A DNA stretch of 62,517 bases, the filler included, from Piptocephalis cylindrospora (Eukaryota), in NCBI GenBank assembly GCA_003614145.1. It is 9 parts of 9 records of this genome, joined end to end, with 100 filler letters (N's around TTAATTAATTAA, not from the genome) between each part and the next. Parts side by side here need not be neighbours in the genome. Positions count along the whole stretch, not along the records: positions 34,991 to 41,835 come from KZ988249.1; positions 41,936 to 48,734 come from KZ988250.1; positions 48,835 to 55,631 come from KZ988251.1; 6 more parts are not named here. One strand, 5' to 3'. A model generated the notes under the pieces. The model saw only the letters and a list, made by a program, of their open reading frames with translations. It was not told the origin of the DNA and did no database searches. Positions 35,766 through 48,926 of the stretch are shown one piece after another. Position numbers and translations under genes: made by a program. Every line of letters starts with the position of its first letter. Within the stretch, counting starts at the first letter, position 1.

Positions 35766-35995
35766 AGCGCTATTCCCCCCCCCACCTATATACTTTTAGT
35801 TCGTTTGCCCCCAGATCATCATCCTATTACTATAAAGAAGCAAACATATTGGTAACCATCTCACATCGTAGTATATTCCCGTACAAAAAGGTGCACCCAC
35901 ACCGAAACCAGTCCGTCAGTCACCTCATATACAGATGACCTCAAGAACACATTGTGCCGTCAAGCCACAAGGGGCAAGAGAATGGCAAAAAGAGC

Positions 35996-37426
35996 TTACT
36001 TGAAGATCTTGCCATCAGCAAACTTCATGCCGCCCTCGAAATCACCCTCCCAGGCAAAGTAGTCAGCGATAAGAGCACGGGTCTTCTCATCATCAAGGTT
36101 CTCAACCTTGGTGAAGTTGTAGCTGTCGTAATCAGCAGCATCGTAGACCTCGAAGGGCACCTCCTGGCCGCGGATCACAAAGTAACCGGAGATGGCCGAG
36201 TTGTTGTCCTCGCCCATGACGAGGAGGGAGGCAAAAACGTACTTCCGGGCGCGCTCAAGACGGGCAAAGAAACCACCAATGAGGTTGCTGGACATGAAGA
36301 CCTTGGTCAGCTCATCGTTGTACTTGTAGTCGACCTTCCAGATGGAGTAACCCTCGCGATCGAGGTTCTTCCAGAAGTAGTCCATGGCATCGGGCTTGGT
36401 GTCGTTGTTGGAGTAGAATCGCTTCCAGTCCTCAAGGTTGAAGGAGGACTTGGGGAGGAGGTCAAGAGCAGACTTGGCCTTGGGGGCAGCGGGCTCCTCG
36501 GCGGCAACAGCAGCCGTCTCGACCTTCTTGGGGGCAGGAGCAGCCTTCTCGTCCTTCTTGGGCTGGGCCTCCTTCTCGGCAAAGGTGACCTCACCAAGGG
36601 TGGCGGCAACGTGGGGCTGGGCCATAATGGTGGTGAACCAGCGGGTGACGTTGGGGATTCCCTTGCGGAAAGCAGGGTCAAAGATGGTGCTGAAAGCAAC
36701 CTTGAGGTCACAGGCAATAGTGATATCAGCAAGACTGATGCGCTCGCCAACAAAGAAGGTGTTGCGGAGGAAATGGGCATCAAGGGTACCGAGGGAGCGC
36801 TTAAGGGCAGCGACGGCGTTGTTATAGGTCACCTTGTTGAAGGTGCCGTAGCCGAAGACGGGAGCCAACCAAGTGCCGAGGGAGGGACAGATGGAGCCGT
36901 TGGCAAAGAGGATCCACTGGAGGATCTGAGCGGCCTGGACCTTATCGACGCCAAGAAGGGGAGAGTTCTCCTGCTGGGAGGCGGCTGTTCAGGGAGGGGA
37001 CAAGTAGAGGATAAAGGTGAGTTGAGTGATGTAAAGAGGGTGGAAGGGGCTGGCGAGAAAGAAGTATAAAGGCGTTTCTCAGAATCAAATGATCTCCACA
37101 CGGCGAAAATTCTCGGACAGGGATAACTTGATATAAACTGTCATCATAGACACGACCTTGACTTCTCTCTCTCCGCCAGTGGGATAGGACAAAAACTTAC
37201 TGTAGTAGGCAATGGCATCGGACTCAAAGATGCAACTGCCACCGGTGGTCTCGAGGACGGGGACAGCACCATGGGGGAACTTGGCGAGGAACTCGGGGGA
37301 CTTGTTGGTCTTGCCCATCTCGACGTTGGAGTCGACGGAAACCTCAACGCCACTGTACAGGGCGGCGATCTGGGACTTGGCCACACGGGGGTTGGCGGGG
37401 TAGGTGATGATGGTGCCGATGGACAT
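35996..37426 (-). CDS. TEF4: Translation elongation factor eEF1B-gamma; intron 36985..37200
   Basis: GST-like N-domain (FLAKFPHGAVP, FESDAIAYY), NVTRWF, C-domain LEDWKRFYSN, FMSSNLIGGFFARLE, DGKIFK. Confidence 0.96.
37074..37153 (-). ncRNA. SNR38: Intronic box C/D snoRNA, snR38 homologue (25S rRNA 2'-O-methylation guide)
   Basis: Box C ATGATGA (37147-37141), guide AGTTATCCCTGT complementary to LSU rRNA ACAGGGAUAACU, D' CCGA, box D CTGA (37082-37079), short terminal stem; lies in the eEF1B-gamma intron. Confidence 0.88.
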
Positions 37427-37529
37427 GCTGAAGGATAAGGATGTGGGGTTGAGATGGATGGATGGATGGATGGACCGTGGATAAGGGGAAAGGAGAGGGA
37501 GGTAGATAGAAGTGGGGATGGGGGAGCGG

Positions 37530-37542
37530 GCTTTTATACCTT
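37530..37542 (-). promoter_or_regulatory. TATA element upstream of eEF1B-gamma
   Basis: AAGGTATAAAAGC ~105 bp upstream of ATG 37426. Confidence 0.55.
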
Positions 37543-38470
37543 CTCGATAGGAGGCCTCGGGTGTGTGTGAGTAGGGGGGTATAGAATGGGGGCAGGAGGG
37601 AGCGGCCACACGCGCGTCTGGACACTTCTCTTTTTTTTTATTCTTCTGAACTGTGCATGTCTGCATGTGTGGTTATAGTGGAGAGTGAATGTGGGGCACA
37701 CCCCAACCACCACCAAAGAGGTCAATGTGTGACCTCTTAGCAGAGCAACGCAGGAAAAGTGTCTATCATGAGGTGTGTCATCCTCCCCCTTCCTCCCGCT
37801 TCTTGAAGACAGCGCGTGAGGATGAACCAGTCAGGGTGGAGAGAGGCTGGGACAGGGCTCCTGAGGAAGAGACATTCTGCTTTATATAGCAGGACTGGGT
37901 CAGTTTAGCCAAGAGCGTATCTGCAAGGGCATCAGGACATACAGGACACATTTGCCTTGATCTGCTCATAGGATGAATAATATAGAAGTATCATTTTTTG
38001 ATTTCATCTTTCTCGATCGGCCTAGTTTGAAAATACAATATGCAACCTTCTTCCTTGAGGGAAAATTAAGTGGGTAGCTGATTCGTATCATCACGATGTC
38101 AAGATCGATCCTAAAGCCATGACGTCCTTATCACTTGATCGGTCATCTGATGAGAAAGAAATGCATGGCCGTCCAAGTGATCATCTCCCAAAAAGATATG
38201 GATCTTTCCCACGTTCACTCTCTCACTTTTATCAGGATCACTATTAAACATATCAATGGCATTGGTACATAAATTATTAAACTGTATTTGTTATAAATCC
38301 ATTTTAAATATGCCCCAAAGGGATTCCAGGCTAGGGAATATATACCCTATCAATGAACTCCTTTTACCACGCCTATCACATCATACTGATCAGCCAGATC
38401 TGCGTTGCTCCTATGTCAACAAAGCCTTCTCCTCCCCTCCCTCTTCCTCTTTTTCCCTCACACCAACCAA

Positions 38471-41210
38471 ATGGATCTCCCTGGCTCCTTTGACCCCACT
38501 TCCTCTACTACTTCCATGATTACTCGACTGGAAAAGCTACAGGATGTTGTCCGACAAACTCGGAAGGACCTGGGACCCAAGGATGGCCCTGCCATCACTG
38601 CCCACCCCTTTGGTCACGTTAACATCCGACAGGTTCGCGAGGAGATGGCCGGGGCCGTGGCCGACATGCGCTCCATCCTTACGGACCATCGGGATATGCT
38701 CGCTTCGGTCGGGGATAGTGGGATGAGCGAGGTGAATTCCCTTCGCAACCTCCTGTCCAGCTTCAAGGTTGGTACTCCTGCCTCACCATTCGTTCACCGA
38801 GCCCTTCTCACCTCCTCCCTCCCCCTCTCCTCTACAGGGACAAATGGTTCATGACCTGGCGACGGATCAAGCAAGGATAGAGGCTGGCAAGTGTAGGGAT
38901 GCGTTTTTGGCCGGGTGTACGGACAAGGCCTCCAGAGACACCCGCATCTTCCAGGCCGTGGAAAAGGCCGCCCTCAGCCTTGGCCTTCAATTCTACGGCA
39001 ATACCGGGGAGGGCGACGGAACCTCTTCGGCCATGATTGCCGGGAATATCCTTGTTCTTGATGTATGGCATTAAACCGTAGGATCGATGCAGGAGAGATC
39101 GTCCCCTTCACTCATCCATCCCTATCCCCAGATGGAATCCACCCATAATGGTCGGTTCATCACCAAAGTAGCCTATGCGAATGGGGATAATGCAAGTCCC
39201 GCTCTAAATCACGTCCTTGCACGTCGTCTAGAGTAAGTGACATTTCTTCTTTTGTCTCATGCGTACCATCTCCATTCATGCCATCTCTTTCAGACAGGAG
39301 GATGTTAAAGGATTTACCCTGGATCTCGCTCTCCTCTCCGTTCCTGAACGTCTGGCCAATGACTTTGAGAGCCAAGAGGACCTGTCCCATTCTCTCAATG
39401 CCCTTCAAAAGGATCTGGCCTCTTTTTACCCTCGGGAGGCGTACGTTTTTTTTCTTGTATAAATCAATATTTATGTATCTCACTCGTCTCTCCTCTAGGT
39501 TCGGATCATTGGCTACTGTGTTAAATTATGGTCATGGCCTTCCCTTACCGGACATCCTGCATCCTGGTCCTGGTCTAGCCTATTGGGCATCGGCCCCTAC
39601 GCTGCTGACCGTAGAGGATTGGGAGTCGGTTAATCGGGCCATTCAAGCTTGTGGGTGTTTTTTTCTTAGGATTGAGGGTAATGTCGCTCTTTCATTCATC
39701 CCTCTTATCCCTCCCTCCCCTCCTAGCCGAGATTCATGATTCATTCAATCATTTTCACAGAGTTCACTTTACTCTGGAAAGGACCATCAGTCAATCCATC
39801 TCGGAGGAATCCCTCTTGGCTGACACAGCCACTTCCACTTCCTCTCTCCTCGATACCTCCATCCCCAGTTGGTTGGCTTCCGATGCTGATGGCGATACTG
39901 TGGCTCCTGGTCTGCGGTATGTCGAGCAAGCGGGCTTCTTCTCATCTCTTTTTCTTCCCCGCTCACCCGTCCCCCCCTTCAGTGTCTATCAAGTGGTGGC
40001 AGAGGATGATTCTATCCTTCTCAACTCCCCTCCAAGATGGCTAGAGCCTACCATACCAAAGGATGGGGAATGGGGAACCCACTTCAAGGCGATCCTTGAG
40101 CCCCCCGTCCTATTAACCCAAGGGGTCGTTCGAGAGTTGGCCGCGCTTATTCACCAGGACCTTGGAGGTATGTTTCACATTTCCTTCTTTCCCTCTTTTT
40201 GATGCATAAAAATGGGAAACCCCATGACGTTTCATCCTCTCATCCGCTCCTAGATGCCATGGAGGTGGGTGGGGATGGGCCAGAGGGCTTGGAGAGCTCC
40301 CCGGCACTTCTTTCTGCCTTGGTAAGCTGAGACGAGGAAATACATGGGGAAGATCATGTAGACACGCCTGATCCGCCTCATTCCCCTCTCCGGACTCTAG
40401 TATCAAGAATTTTCTAGGGAAGGAGGGGAAAGAAAGGTGGATAGATCGACTAGTGTGACACATCCCACCATGGTAAGCTCCTTTTCCCCTTTTTTGTAGG
40501 AACAAGAGGGGTATAGGTACTTTGGGATTCTTACTCTGTCTCCTAGCTCATCCAAGGAAGTTCTTGGATCCATGACTTTGATCTTCAAGCCCCTTCTCAC
40601 GAACCCGTTTACCAAGTTAGCCAAGTTCCTTTTACCGCTCCTAGGCACTTTTTCCAGGTTATGAGAGTACGTTTTCCCTTTAGTCTTTTTCTCTCTCTCT
40701 GTCCCTGGACCTCATCTCCTCTCGTTCTAGCTGATCCGCCGACACCTTGAGATGAACCAACTCCTCAAGAGCTGTCATGGCTACCCCGTCTCTGATTCCC
40801 TGCTGAGCGAGGAGGAAAGGGCAACTATGGGTCAGTCAAGGGCATGGGAAAGGGGGGTACTAAGCATTTTCTCCACACTCATCCTGCTTCCATTAGATCA
40901 CATTCCTATCACCGTCAGACCCTCCCCCTTCATGGATCACCTCACTGTCCGCTTCACCCCACCTAGATCATCCATGGCTGTGCATTTGGAGGTACGTATG
41001 GACCCCTCCACCTCCCTTACCACCGTTCGTCGTGTACCATTCCCGGATGTGACAGAAGGGGAAGGGGAAGAGGAGGATGCATCCATGTCCATGATCCTTA
41101 ATGCCGTGTGTCATGCCGAGAAGATGGATGAGGTCCTCCGACGTACTGGTAGTCTGGGACTTTTGGTATATTGGTTACTGAAACGATTTGAGGAGCAGAG
41201 TGATTTTTAA
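38471..41210 (+). CDS. MED1: Probable Mediator subunit Med1, multi-exon
   Basis: LGLQFY...MIAGNILVLD, YGHGLP...GPGLAYW, AILEPPVL, C-terminal VLRRTGSLGLLVYWLL resemble fungal Med1; many GT-AG introns. Confidence 0.6.
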
Positions 41211-41835
41211 TACTATTGGGGATCCTCTGATGGTGAAAGGTGTTATCATGATACCGTATGCATCGATGATGATTACATTTACTTTTTATGAAAAGAGAAA
41301 AAAAGAAAGGAAGAAAGAGGGAGAGAGAGGTATTTAACATTTCATTTTCATTGTTGGTATCGTCTTGATAGAGGGATTTGCTGTCATGTATTGATCTATT
41401 ATTACCTCCTGTACTTAGAGGTTCAAAGTTCGATTCCCCGATCACAAGGCCCGAGCATAAAATTCTAGCCCAGACTCTGACCATCTTTCCAGTGGCACAG
41501 ATGTGATATACAGGGCTACCAATCCATGTAAGGGGCTTCTTTCACTTTTGCCAAGATAGATCGAAGGGGGAAGGGCTTGTGGGGGGACATGGGAGGTTGC
41601 ACAGCCATCCTTTCTAGAATCGGCAGGTGAGAGGGTCATGGGGAAATAGGCGTTCCTAAGCTGGGAAAGGGGGGAGGTGCCATGGTTAAAAAGACCACGG
41701 GGGGGTGGCTTCACTGCACAAGATTATGCACCATTTCTTTCCTCTTTTTCATCCTTCTGTCCCTTATATCATCTTATATCTTCAAGTCCAAGCCTCTTCC
41801 TCTCCTGCCCTAGCTCCTTATCATGACCCAGGCGG

Positions 41836-41935
41836 NNNNNNNNNNNNNNNNNNNNNNNNNNNNNNNNNNNNNNNNNNNNTTAATTAATTAANNNNNNNNN
41901 NNNNNNNNNNNNNNNNNNNNNNNNNNNNNNNNNNN
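41836..41935. other. Artificial contig linker
   Basis: N44-TTAATTAATTAA-N44. Confidence 0.99.
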
Positions 41936-42081
41936 AAAAAAGAAAGCTGAGCCGGGGGGAGGGGGGGGGGGGGGGGGGGGGGGGAAAAAAAAAGGGGGCG
42001 GGAAATGCCCACGAAAACCCCGGGGGGGAAAAGGGGGGGGGCGTTGGCGGGGGGGGGGTCTTTGTGGTTTGGGGGCCGCGT

Positions 42082-42114
<33 letters not shown>

Positions 42115-42242
42115 GGGGGGGGGCGGGGGGGGGGGTACGGGGGGGGGGGGGGGGGGGGGGGGGGTGTCAACCCTCTCTCCCCCCCCCCCCCCCCCCTCCC
42201 CTCATCTCATCTGTGCCTTCCCCCCCCCCCCCCCCCCCCCCA
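41936..42242. repeat. Poly-G/poly-C low-complexity contig start, likely low-quality sequence
   Basis: Multiple G and C homopolymers longer than 20 nt at the contig edge. Confidence 0.85.
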
Positions 42243-42384
42243 ACCGACTGCTCTTGAGTTCGCCCTTTGACGCGTAGCTCCCCTCTTGCATCCCAGTCCG
42301 GGTCTAGTTTAGCGTCGTTTTTAGTCGCATTGGTTCATTGGTGTCCGCGACATCAACCCCCCACCTCCACCCCCCACTAAGCGC

Positions 42385-45154
42385 ATGTCTCAGGACCGCC
42401 ACAACGCCCCTCCCCCCGGGGCTAGGGTCAACTTTGGCCCGCCTCCCCCCGCCTTCAACGAGGACCAGGATCATGGATACGGGGATATTGCCCCCTCCCA
42501 GCCCCCCGCCCCTCCCCCCCACGGCGGCTCCCCTCAGCAGCAGGGAAGCTACTACGACGCCGCCCCAGCTACCTCCGGTAGCCAGTACGGCCAGAACCCC
42601 TACTTGAACGAAGCCAACCCCAGCGCCCAGGGCTACTCCTCCGGTGCAAGCTACGCTGGCGGCGATGGCCATGGGAACACCGGTCCCATGGGCTTTGTCA
42701 TCCCCATGGCCGATGGCTACGTCGTCCCCGATGCCTCCCCCGCCCAGCCCTCCCGCCCCGTCCGTCGCTTCAAGACCGTCAAGCGTATCGCCCTCCAGGA
42801 TGGTAATCTCGTCGTCGACGTCCCCGTCCCCGAGAGATACCTCGAAAAGGTCACCTTCCGCGATGGCCAGGAGTTCACCCATCTCCGTTACTCCGCCGTC
42901 ACCTGTGACCCCGATGACTTCCTCGAGTCCCGCTTCACCCTTCGTCCCATCATCTACCAGCGTCCCACCGAACTCGCCATCTGTCTCACCATGTACAACG
43001 AGGACGAAGTCCTCTTTGCCCGTACCATGCATGGTGTCATGAAGAACATTGCCCAGTTCTGCAAGCGCGACAAGTCCAAGATGTGGGGCCCCGACGGCTG
43101 GAAGAAGATCGTCGTCACCATCGTCTCCGACGGCCGTAAGAAGATCCATCCCCGTACCCTCTCCCTCCTCGCCGCCATCGGTGTCTACCAGGATGGTGTC
43201 GCCAAGAACATCGTCCAGGGCAAGGAGGTCACTGCTCACGTCTACGAGTACACCACCCAGCTCTCCGTCGACCCCGAGATGAAGCTCAAGTCCGCCGAAA
43301 AGGGCCTCGTCCCCGTCCAGATGCTCTTCTGTCTCAAGGAAAAGAACGCCAAGAAGATCAACTCCCATCGTTGGTTCTTCCGCGCCTTCTGCCGTACCCT
43401 CCAGCCCAACGTCACCATCCTCATCGACGTCGGTACCCGTCCCCACGACCTCTCCCTCTACCATCTGTGGAAGTCCTTTGACGTCGACAAGGACGTCGCC
43501 GGTGCCTGTGGTGAAATTTGCGTCATGAAGGGTCCCGCCTGGTCCGCCCTCCTCAATCCCCTCGTCGCCGCCCAGAACTTCGAGTACAAGATCTCCAACA
43601 TCCTCGATAAGCCCCTCGAGAGCACCTTTGGCTACATCTCCGTCCTTCCCGGTGCCTTCTCCGCTTACCGTTACGAGGCCCTCCTCGAGGACGCTAATGG
43701 CAAGGGACCCCTCATCTCCTACTTTAAGGGTGAGCGTCGTCCCGGTGACAAGGCCGAGGGCATTTTCGAGGCCAACATGTACCTCGCTGAGGACCGTATC
43801 CTCTGCTTCGAGCTCGTCGCCAAGCGTCAATCCCGTTGGCTCCTTCGGTACGTCCGTAGCGCCGTCGGTGAGACCGATTGTCCTGGTGACGTCGCCGAAC
43901 TCATCTCCCAGCGTCGTCGTTGGCTCAATGGTTCCTTCTTCGCCGCCGTCTTCGCCATCACCCATTGGTACCGCTTCCTCACGGCCAACCACTCGTACTT
44001 CCGCAAGTTCCTCTTCATCCTCGAGTTCATCTACACCCTCTACAACATGCTCTTTTCCTGGTTCAATCTCTCCTGCTTCTGGCTCACCTTTTACTTTCTC
44101 GGCAAAACCATCATCGATCCCGATCTCGATCCCTTTGGCGGTGTCGCTGGCTACTACATCTTCTGGGTCCTCCTCTACATCTACGTCGTCCTTATCATTT
44201 GCACCTTTGTTGCGTCTCTTGGTAATCGGCCTCAAGGGTAAGTGTGTGTGTGTGTGTCGTGCGGAGCGCGTTCATGTCCTTTCCATCCCCTCACATCCCC
44301 TCCCTTGTAGATCGAAATGGATGTACCTCCTGGCCTTCATCTTCTTTGCTCTCATCTCCATCTACACCCTCTTCGCCGCCATCTTCCTCACCGTAAAGGG
44401 CGCCAACACCGTCTTGGATGATGTCAAGAGCAGGAACTCCGGTAGTACCTGGACCGCCATCGGCCTCGCCTTCGAGAACGGCCTCTTCCGCTCCATCATC
44501 GTCGCCCTCCTCGGTACCTACGGCCTCTACATCGTCTCCTCCATCCTCTTCATGGACCCATGGCACATGATCACCTCGTTCATCCAGTACATGCTCATCG
44601 CCCCCTCCTACATCAACGTCCTCAACATCTACGCCTTCTGTAACACCCACGACGTCTCCTGGGGTACCAAGGGCGACAACTCCGTCTCCACCGATCTGGG
44701 TGTCGCTGCCTCCGCCAAGAAGGGCGAGAAGGATGGTGATGCCAAGGTCGACCTGACCATGCCCACCGAGCAAAAGGATCTCAACAAGGTCTACGACGAG
44801 GAGGTCCACGTCCTACAGACCCCTCCTGCCCCCGAGGTCGAGACCATCGATGAGAAGACCGCCATTGAGGATCAGCAAAAGCAGTTCCGTACCAATGTCG
44901 TCCTCGCCTGGATCCTCTGTAATGGTGCCCTGGCCGCCGCCATCTCCTCCACCCATCTCGCCTCCTACTTCTCCCGCGAACAGGCTACCTTTGAGGAGAA
45001 GGATGGCAAGCTCGTCATCTCCAACCCCGCTGAATTCTTCGTCTCCAACGGATTCTTCGCCTTTATCCTCTACTCGGTCGCTGTCCTGGCTGCTATCCGC
45101 TTCATCGGCGCCATGACCTACCTTCTCTTTGCCGTCTTTGGCCGAGGACGGTAG
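42385..45154 (+). CDS. CHS: Chitin synthase, division 1 (class I/II/III type); intron 44238..44310
   Basis: [78 protein letters not shown]. Confidence 0.97.
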
Positions 45155-45729
45155 GGTCTCTCTTACCCCTCGTGTGTCTGTGTGCGTGCGTGCGTGCGTG
45201 TGTGTGTGTGTCTGTGTTTGAGAAATCCAGTTATACCCCCAATGGATGAATTTATCTTTACTCCCCGCATATCATCTACCTCCTCTCTCTCTTCTTTCTT
45301 TTGTCCATGCTCTTTTTGAGAGGAGAGACGACGAGAGAGGGGTCATTCCTTGGTGTGGAGTGTGATAGCTTACATGGTGGCAGGAGGGGGAGGGATATCA
45401 AGGTCACTCGGCAAGCTGAGGCCCCACTTGACATGTCTGTGCTCATATAGCCCCTCTCATGGGGGGAAGGGCAAGGCTCACTTGGTATCCTGAATCATCC
45501 TACTCTTGTCCTCCATCCCCCCATTCTCTTCATTCCACACGTCCTCTCCTCATCCCGCTCTCATTCTCCTTACTCTTCTCATCCCATTCCATCCTCCTTC
45601 CCCTTGCTCTTCGCATCCACACATAATTCAGGCTCCAATTAGTCAAGTACAAATAGAAAGTGTCATCGACCGGTTCCAGTCGTCCCTATTCCCCTTCTTT
45701 CTTAACATATCCCCAGATACCATCGTAGG

Positions 45730-46285
45730 ATGGCTCAATCAGTTGCATCCACAGAACCGCCACCTCCATCCTTGTTGTCCCGTCTTAGGCAAAGGCTGCC
45801 TTATCCCCCAGAATCGTACAAGCCAGCTATCGTCTTGGAGAATAAGGGTTCAGTGGCCCGGGACCATCTTGGTAGGTGCAGCTTCCTTGGCAGTTCCGGC
45901 TTGCGCGGTTCCTCATACTCCCCTCCCCCCCACATCCCCTCTCTTGGCCGCGGGTATAGCCAATGAAAGAACCTACCTATCCTGGTTGCGGACGTCCTTG
46001 TCGCTCATCACACTGGGGGTGACGGTAGCACAGGTGTTTCGACTGACGACGCCGACGCAAGTGTCGAATGACCGAGCCAAAGCCCTTTCGATCACGTACA
46101 CTAGCCTCGGGGTACTTGTCCTCATCTTTGGAGTATGGAGGTACTTTTCATCGCAAGCCGGGATGATCCACGGGGTGTTTCCGTCAAGTCGAGGAATCAT
46201 CCTTACGTCGTCTCTTTTGTGTCTTGCAGCGATCTTGGCAACTCTTGGACTGAGTCTTCAGCAGGAGAAGGCGTACAGTCCCTAG
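45730..46285 (+). CDS. DUF202 (YidH/VTC-like) small membrane protein; intron 45872..45959
   Basis: LENKGSVARDHL|ANERTYLSWLRTSLSL followed by three TM segments. Confidence 0.85.
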
Positions 46286-46506
46286 TTAGAGGAGGGACGA
46301 AAGGCGGAGGAGTAGGATGATGTGCTATTTAAACATGTTTATGAATGATGGATGTTGGCTCTCATGGACTTGTGGATAAAGTGGATCTAGAGTTGGATGG
46401 TGTGAATGACACCAGGACAATAGAAGGATGCTTGAGTGAGAGAAAGGGTATCGAGAGGATAAAAGGAGACTTGGATGGTGTAAATGGTATCAAGACAATA
46501 GGACGG

Positions 46507-47079
46507 CTACATTGCATCCCAGACCGATGGATCCTCGAGGGAGGTGAGATGGTGGGCTCGTCCAACGAAAAAGCGAACTTGGCCGATGACAGTATCATCC
46601 GAATCGAGATGGAGATTGGGTTGAAGGGCCCGAATAAGATGAACTCGGCCTTGGACGGTGGAGGTGGCCAAAACCGTATCCTCCTGACGAAGAGTGACAC
46701 CAAGGACGCGTTGAGCCTCCCTTTCGACCCATTGACAATGTTCCCTGACCCGATTCATATCCTTGACCTTGCCCTCTTCGATGGATGAAGGGGGTAGATG
46801 GACAATGAGGTAGATGGTGGCCTGGTCCATCATCTTCTCAAGCCATTCCTTGGCCCCAGGCAAGGTTTCCAGCGTCCAGGACCCCACCTCCAAGGGGGAC
46901 ACGCGTAGGAGAAGACCATTCACATCGATGGTCACGACCCTTCTCCGACTCCCACGACGAGCACTTTGGCTCGGTGGACCCTGACCAGACCACATGGAGT
47001 AAGCGGTCCATATACCAAAGCCGAGGGAGGCGAGGCCCACGAGACCTCCGAGGATTCCCAGGGCTCTTTGTCGGTTCAT
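46507..47079 (-). CDS. PEX22: Pex22-like peroxisomal membrane anchor
   Basis: ATG 47079; N-terminal TM followed by a basic patch; C-terminal VLATSTVQGRVHLIRALQPNLHLDSD...QVRFFV resembles plant/fungal PEX22. Confidence 0.65.
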   Translation of the reverse strand: MNRQRALGILGGLVGLASLGFGIWTAYSMWSGQGPPSQSARRGSRRRVVTIDVNGLLLRVSPLEVGSWTLETLPGAKEWLEKMMDQATIYLIVHLPPSSIEEGKVKDMNRVREHCQWVEREAQRVLGVTLRQEDTVLATSTVQGRVHLIRALQPNLHLDSDDTVIGQVRFFVGRAHHLTSLEDPSVWDAM

Positions 47080-48734
47080 GGAGGGAAGGGGGAGTGGGAA
47101 CGGGATGAGAAGAACAAGGGGAATGAAGAGTGGATCGGATGGGATGAGAAGAGCAAGGGGAAGGAGGATGGAATGGGGTGAGAAGGGAAAGGAGAAGGAA
47201 GGCGGGAGGGGTCGTGTGGGGAGAGGATGGACGTGCTGGGGAGGCCAGGCTATTTGTACTCTCAGGAGTTGCCTCTCCCCTTCCCTGGCCTCCAGCATCT
47301 TTCCAGGAAAAAAACTATGTAATGATGTGCGTAAGGGGGGGGGGCACCCGTAGCATAGGGGGGCGGGGACGGCGGGTCCCCTTCTGGTGGGACATGAGGA
47401 GGGGCGAAGGGGTGATGAACCCCGTCTAATCGGACCCGGAGAAAAGGATGCATGATTGCCAATGCATACTATATTACTCTCTCGACGTGTGTGCCTCTCA
47501 AGCGGGAGGAGGAGAGATCCTCACTAATAGGCTTCGTCGAATGATTGCGTGAAATCCTTTGGTGGCGAGGGAGTGTGAATAAGTGTGTCGCATCACACGG
47601 GGAAATGAACGCGAGGCATAGGCCCTGGTGCACTATTCTGGATCGCTACTGGGCGTATGGAAGGAGAGATAAACGGGACATGGATACACATTCATGCCAG
47701 AGAGATGTCTCTCCCCCTGAAGAGAGGGTGTGTGTGCAGGGAAATCGTAGACCCTTCTTCTGTCTAGATCCTCTCCCCCCTACCTCTATCTTCCTATCCT
47801 ATATCCCATTTGAGATGGATGGGGGCGACGGGGCAAAAAACCCAAGGAAAGGGATCAACTGTCCCTCCCCCTCCCTCTCGCCTTCCTGACTCCTGGGAAT
47901 GGCTAGGAATGAAGGTTGGGGAGGGAGAAGAAGGAATCCACCACTCTTGTCTCACTCCATCTCCCCACCTCGGCGACCATTATTGGCCGATGTCTGTCCG
48001 AGATGGGAGGCTGTGAAAAAAAAATCATGCCATGACGCTGCTAAAGGCAGGGAAGTAATCCAACGGCTGATGAGGAAGGATCGGGGCTACTAAGGATGCG
48101 TAGGGGTTCATTTTCATTTTTTTTTGCTTTCAACGGAGGCGCGCCTCCCTTCCTCCCTTTCTACGGGTATACAGGGAAACCATTTCCTCCTGGATCAGGG
48201 CGGAAAGACGGACTGAGGCGTGGATGGACCTCTCTTACTTGGCGCTATGGAACCGCTATTTGCCCTTCTCCGTCCTGTCCCGATCTTTCCCATCTGTAGA
48301 AATGGACTGGGAACTCTGGGAAGGAAGGAAGAGGGACGGCGAGGATGGGCGGCCTCCTCGCTTGCTCGTGCGGCGTCTATTGAAGGGGGGGCTGTGGGAT
48401 TTAGGTGTGTGGTACTCCCATTCTTTTCTCTGATATGTGTGTGCACGGGTATAGAGTACACACATACACAATACACTGAATGAAAGAGAGACGATGAACA
48501 CTTCCTCTCACGCACACAATCTGAGTCCTTACGCCTCCCCTCCATCTAGAGCTGTTTAGTGGCTGGTTCATGGAAAGCGGTGCGGGGGCTATAATGCACC
48601 GTCTGTGCGCGCACATCCGACCCTGTGCCCCCATGGTGGTGTGGCACTTGGTGTGGCAAGGTGCCTCTGGGGATTGGTGCAAAGGAGAGATCACATATGT
48701 TTAATGATAGTGGTAGTGTGTGGGAATTCTCAGG

Positions 48735-48834
48735 NNNNNNNNNNNNNNNNNNNNNNNNNNNNNNNNNNNNNNNNNNNNTTAATTAATTAANNNNNNNNNN
48801 NNNNNNNNNNNNNNNNNNNNNNNNNNNNNNNNNN
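48735..48834. other. Artificial contig linker
   Basis: N44-TTAATTAATTAA-N44. Confidence 0.99.
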
Positions 48835-48926
48835 ACTCCTTCCCGCACCTCACTTCATCCTCATTTACCCTTTCAAACCATACCATACTCCCTGCATTCA
48901 TATACTCATACCACCCCCTTAAAAAT

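Noticed and set aside
41428..41439. GTTCGATTCCCC tRNA T-loop/B-box-like motif
   Set aside because: No T-stem pairing or cloverleaf around it
41936..42242. Poly-Pro/poly-Gly ORFs and G-quadruplex array
   Set aside because: Homopolymer-rich contig edge typical of low-quality sequence
42304..44235. Long antisense ORFs (643 aa here; also 23361..24797, 35954..37069, 57007..57816)
   Set aside because: Shadows of strongly C-ending codon usage in CHS, LCB2, TEF4 and WRS1; low-complexity G/V/D/E translations with no motifs
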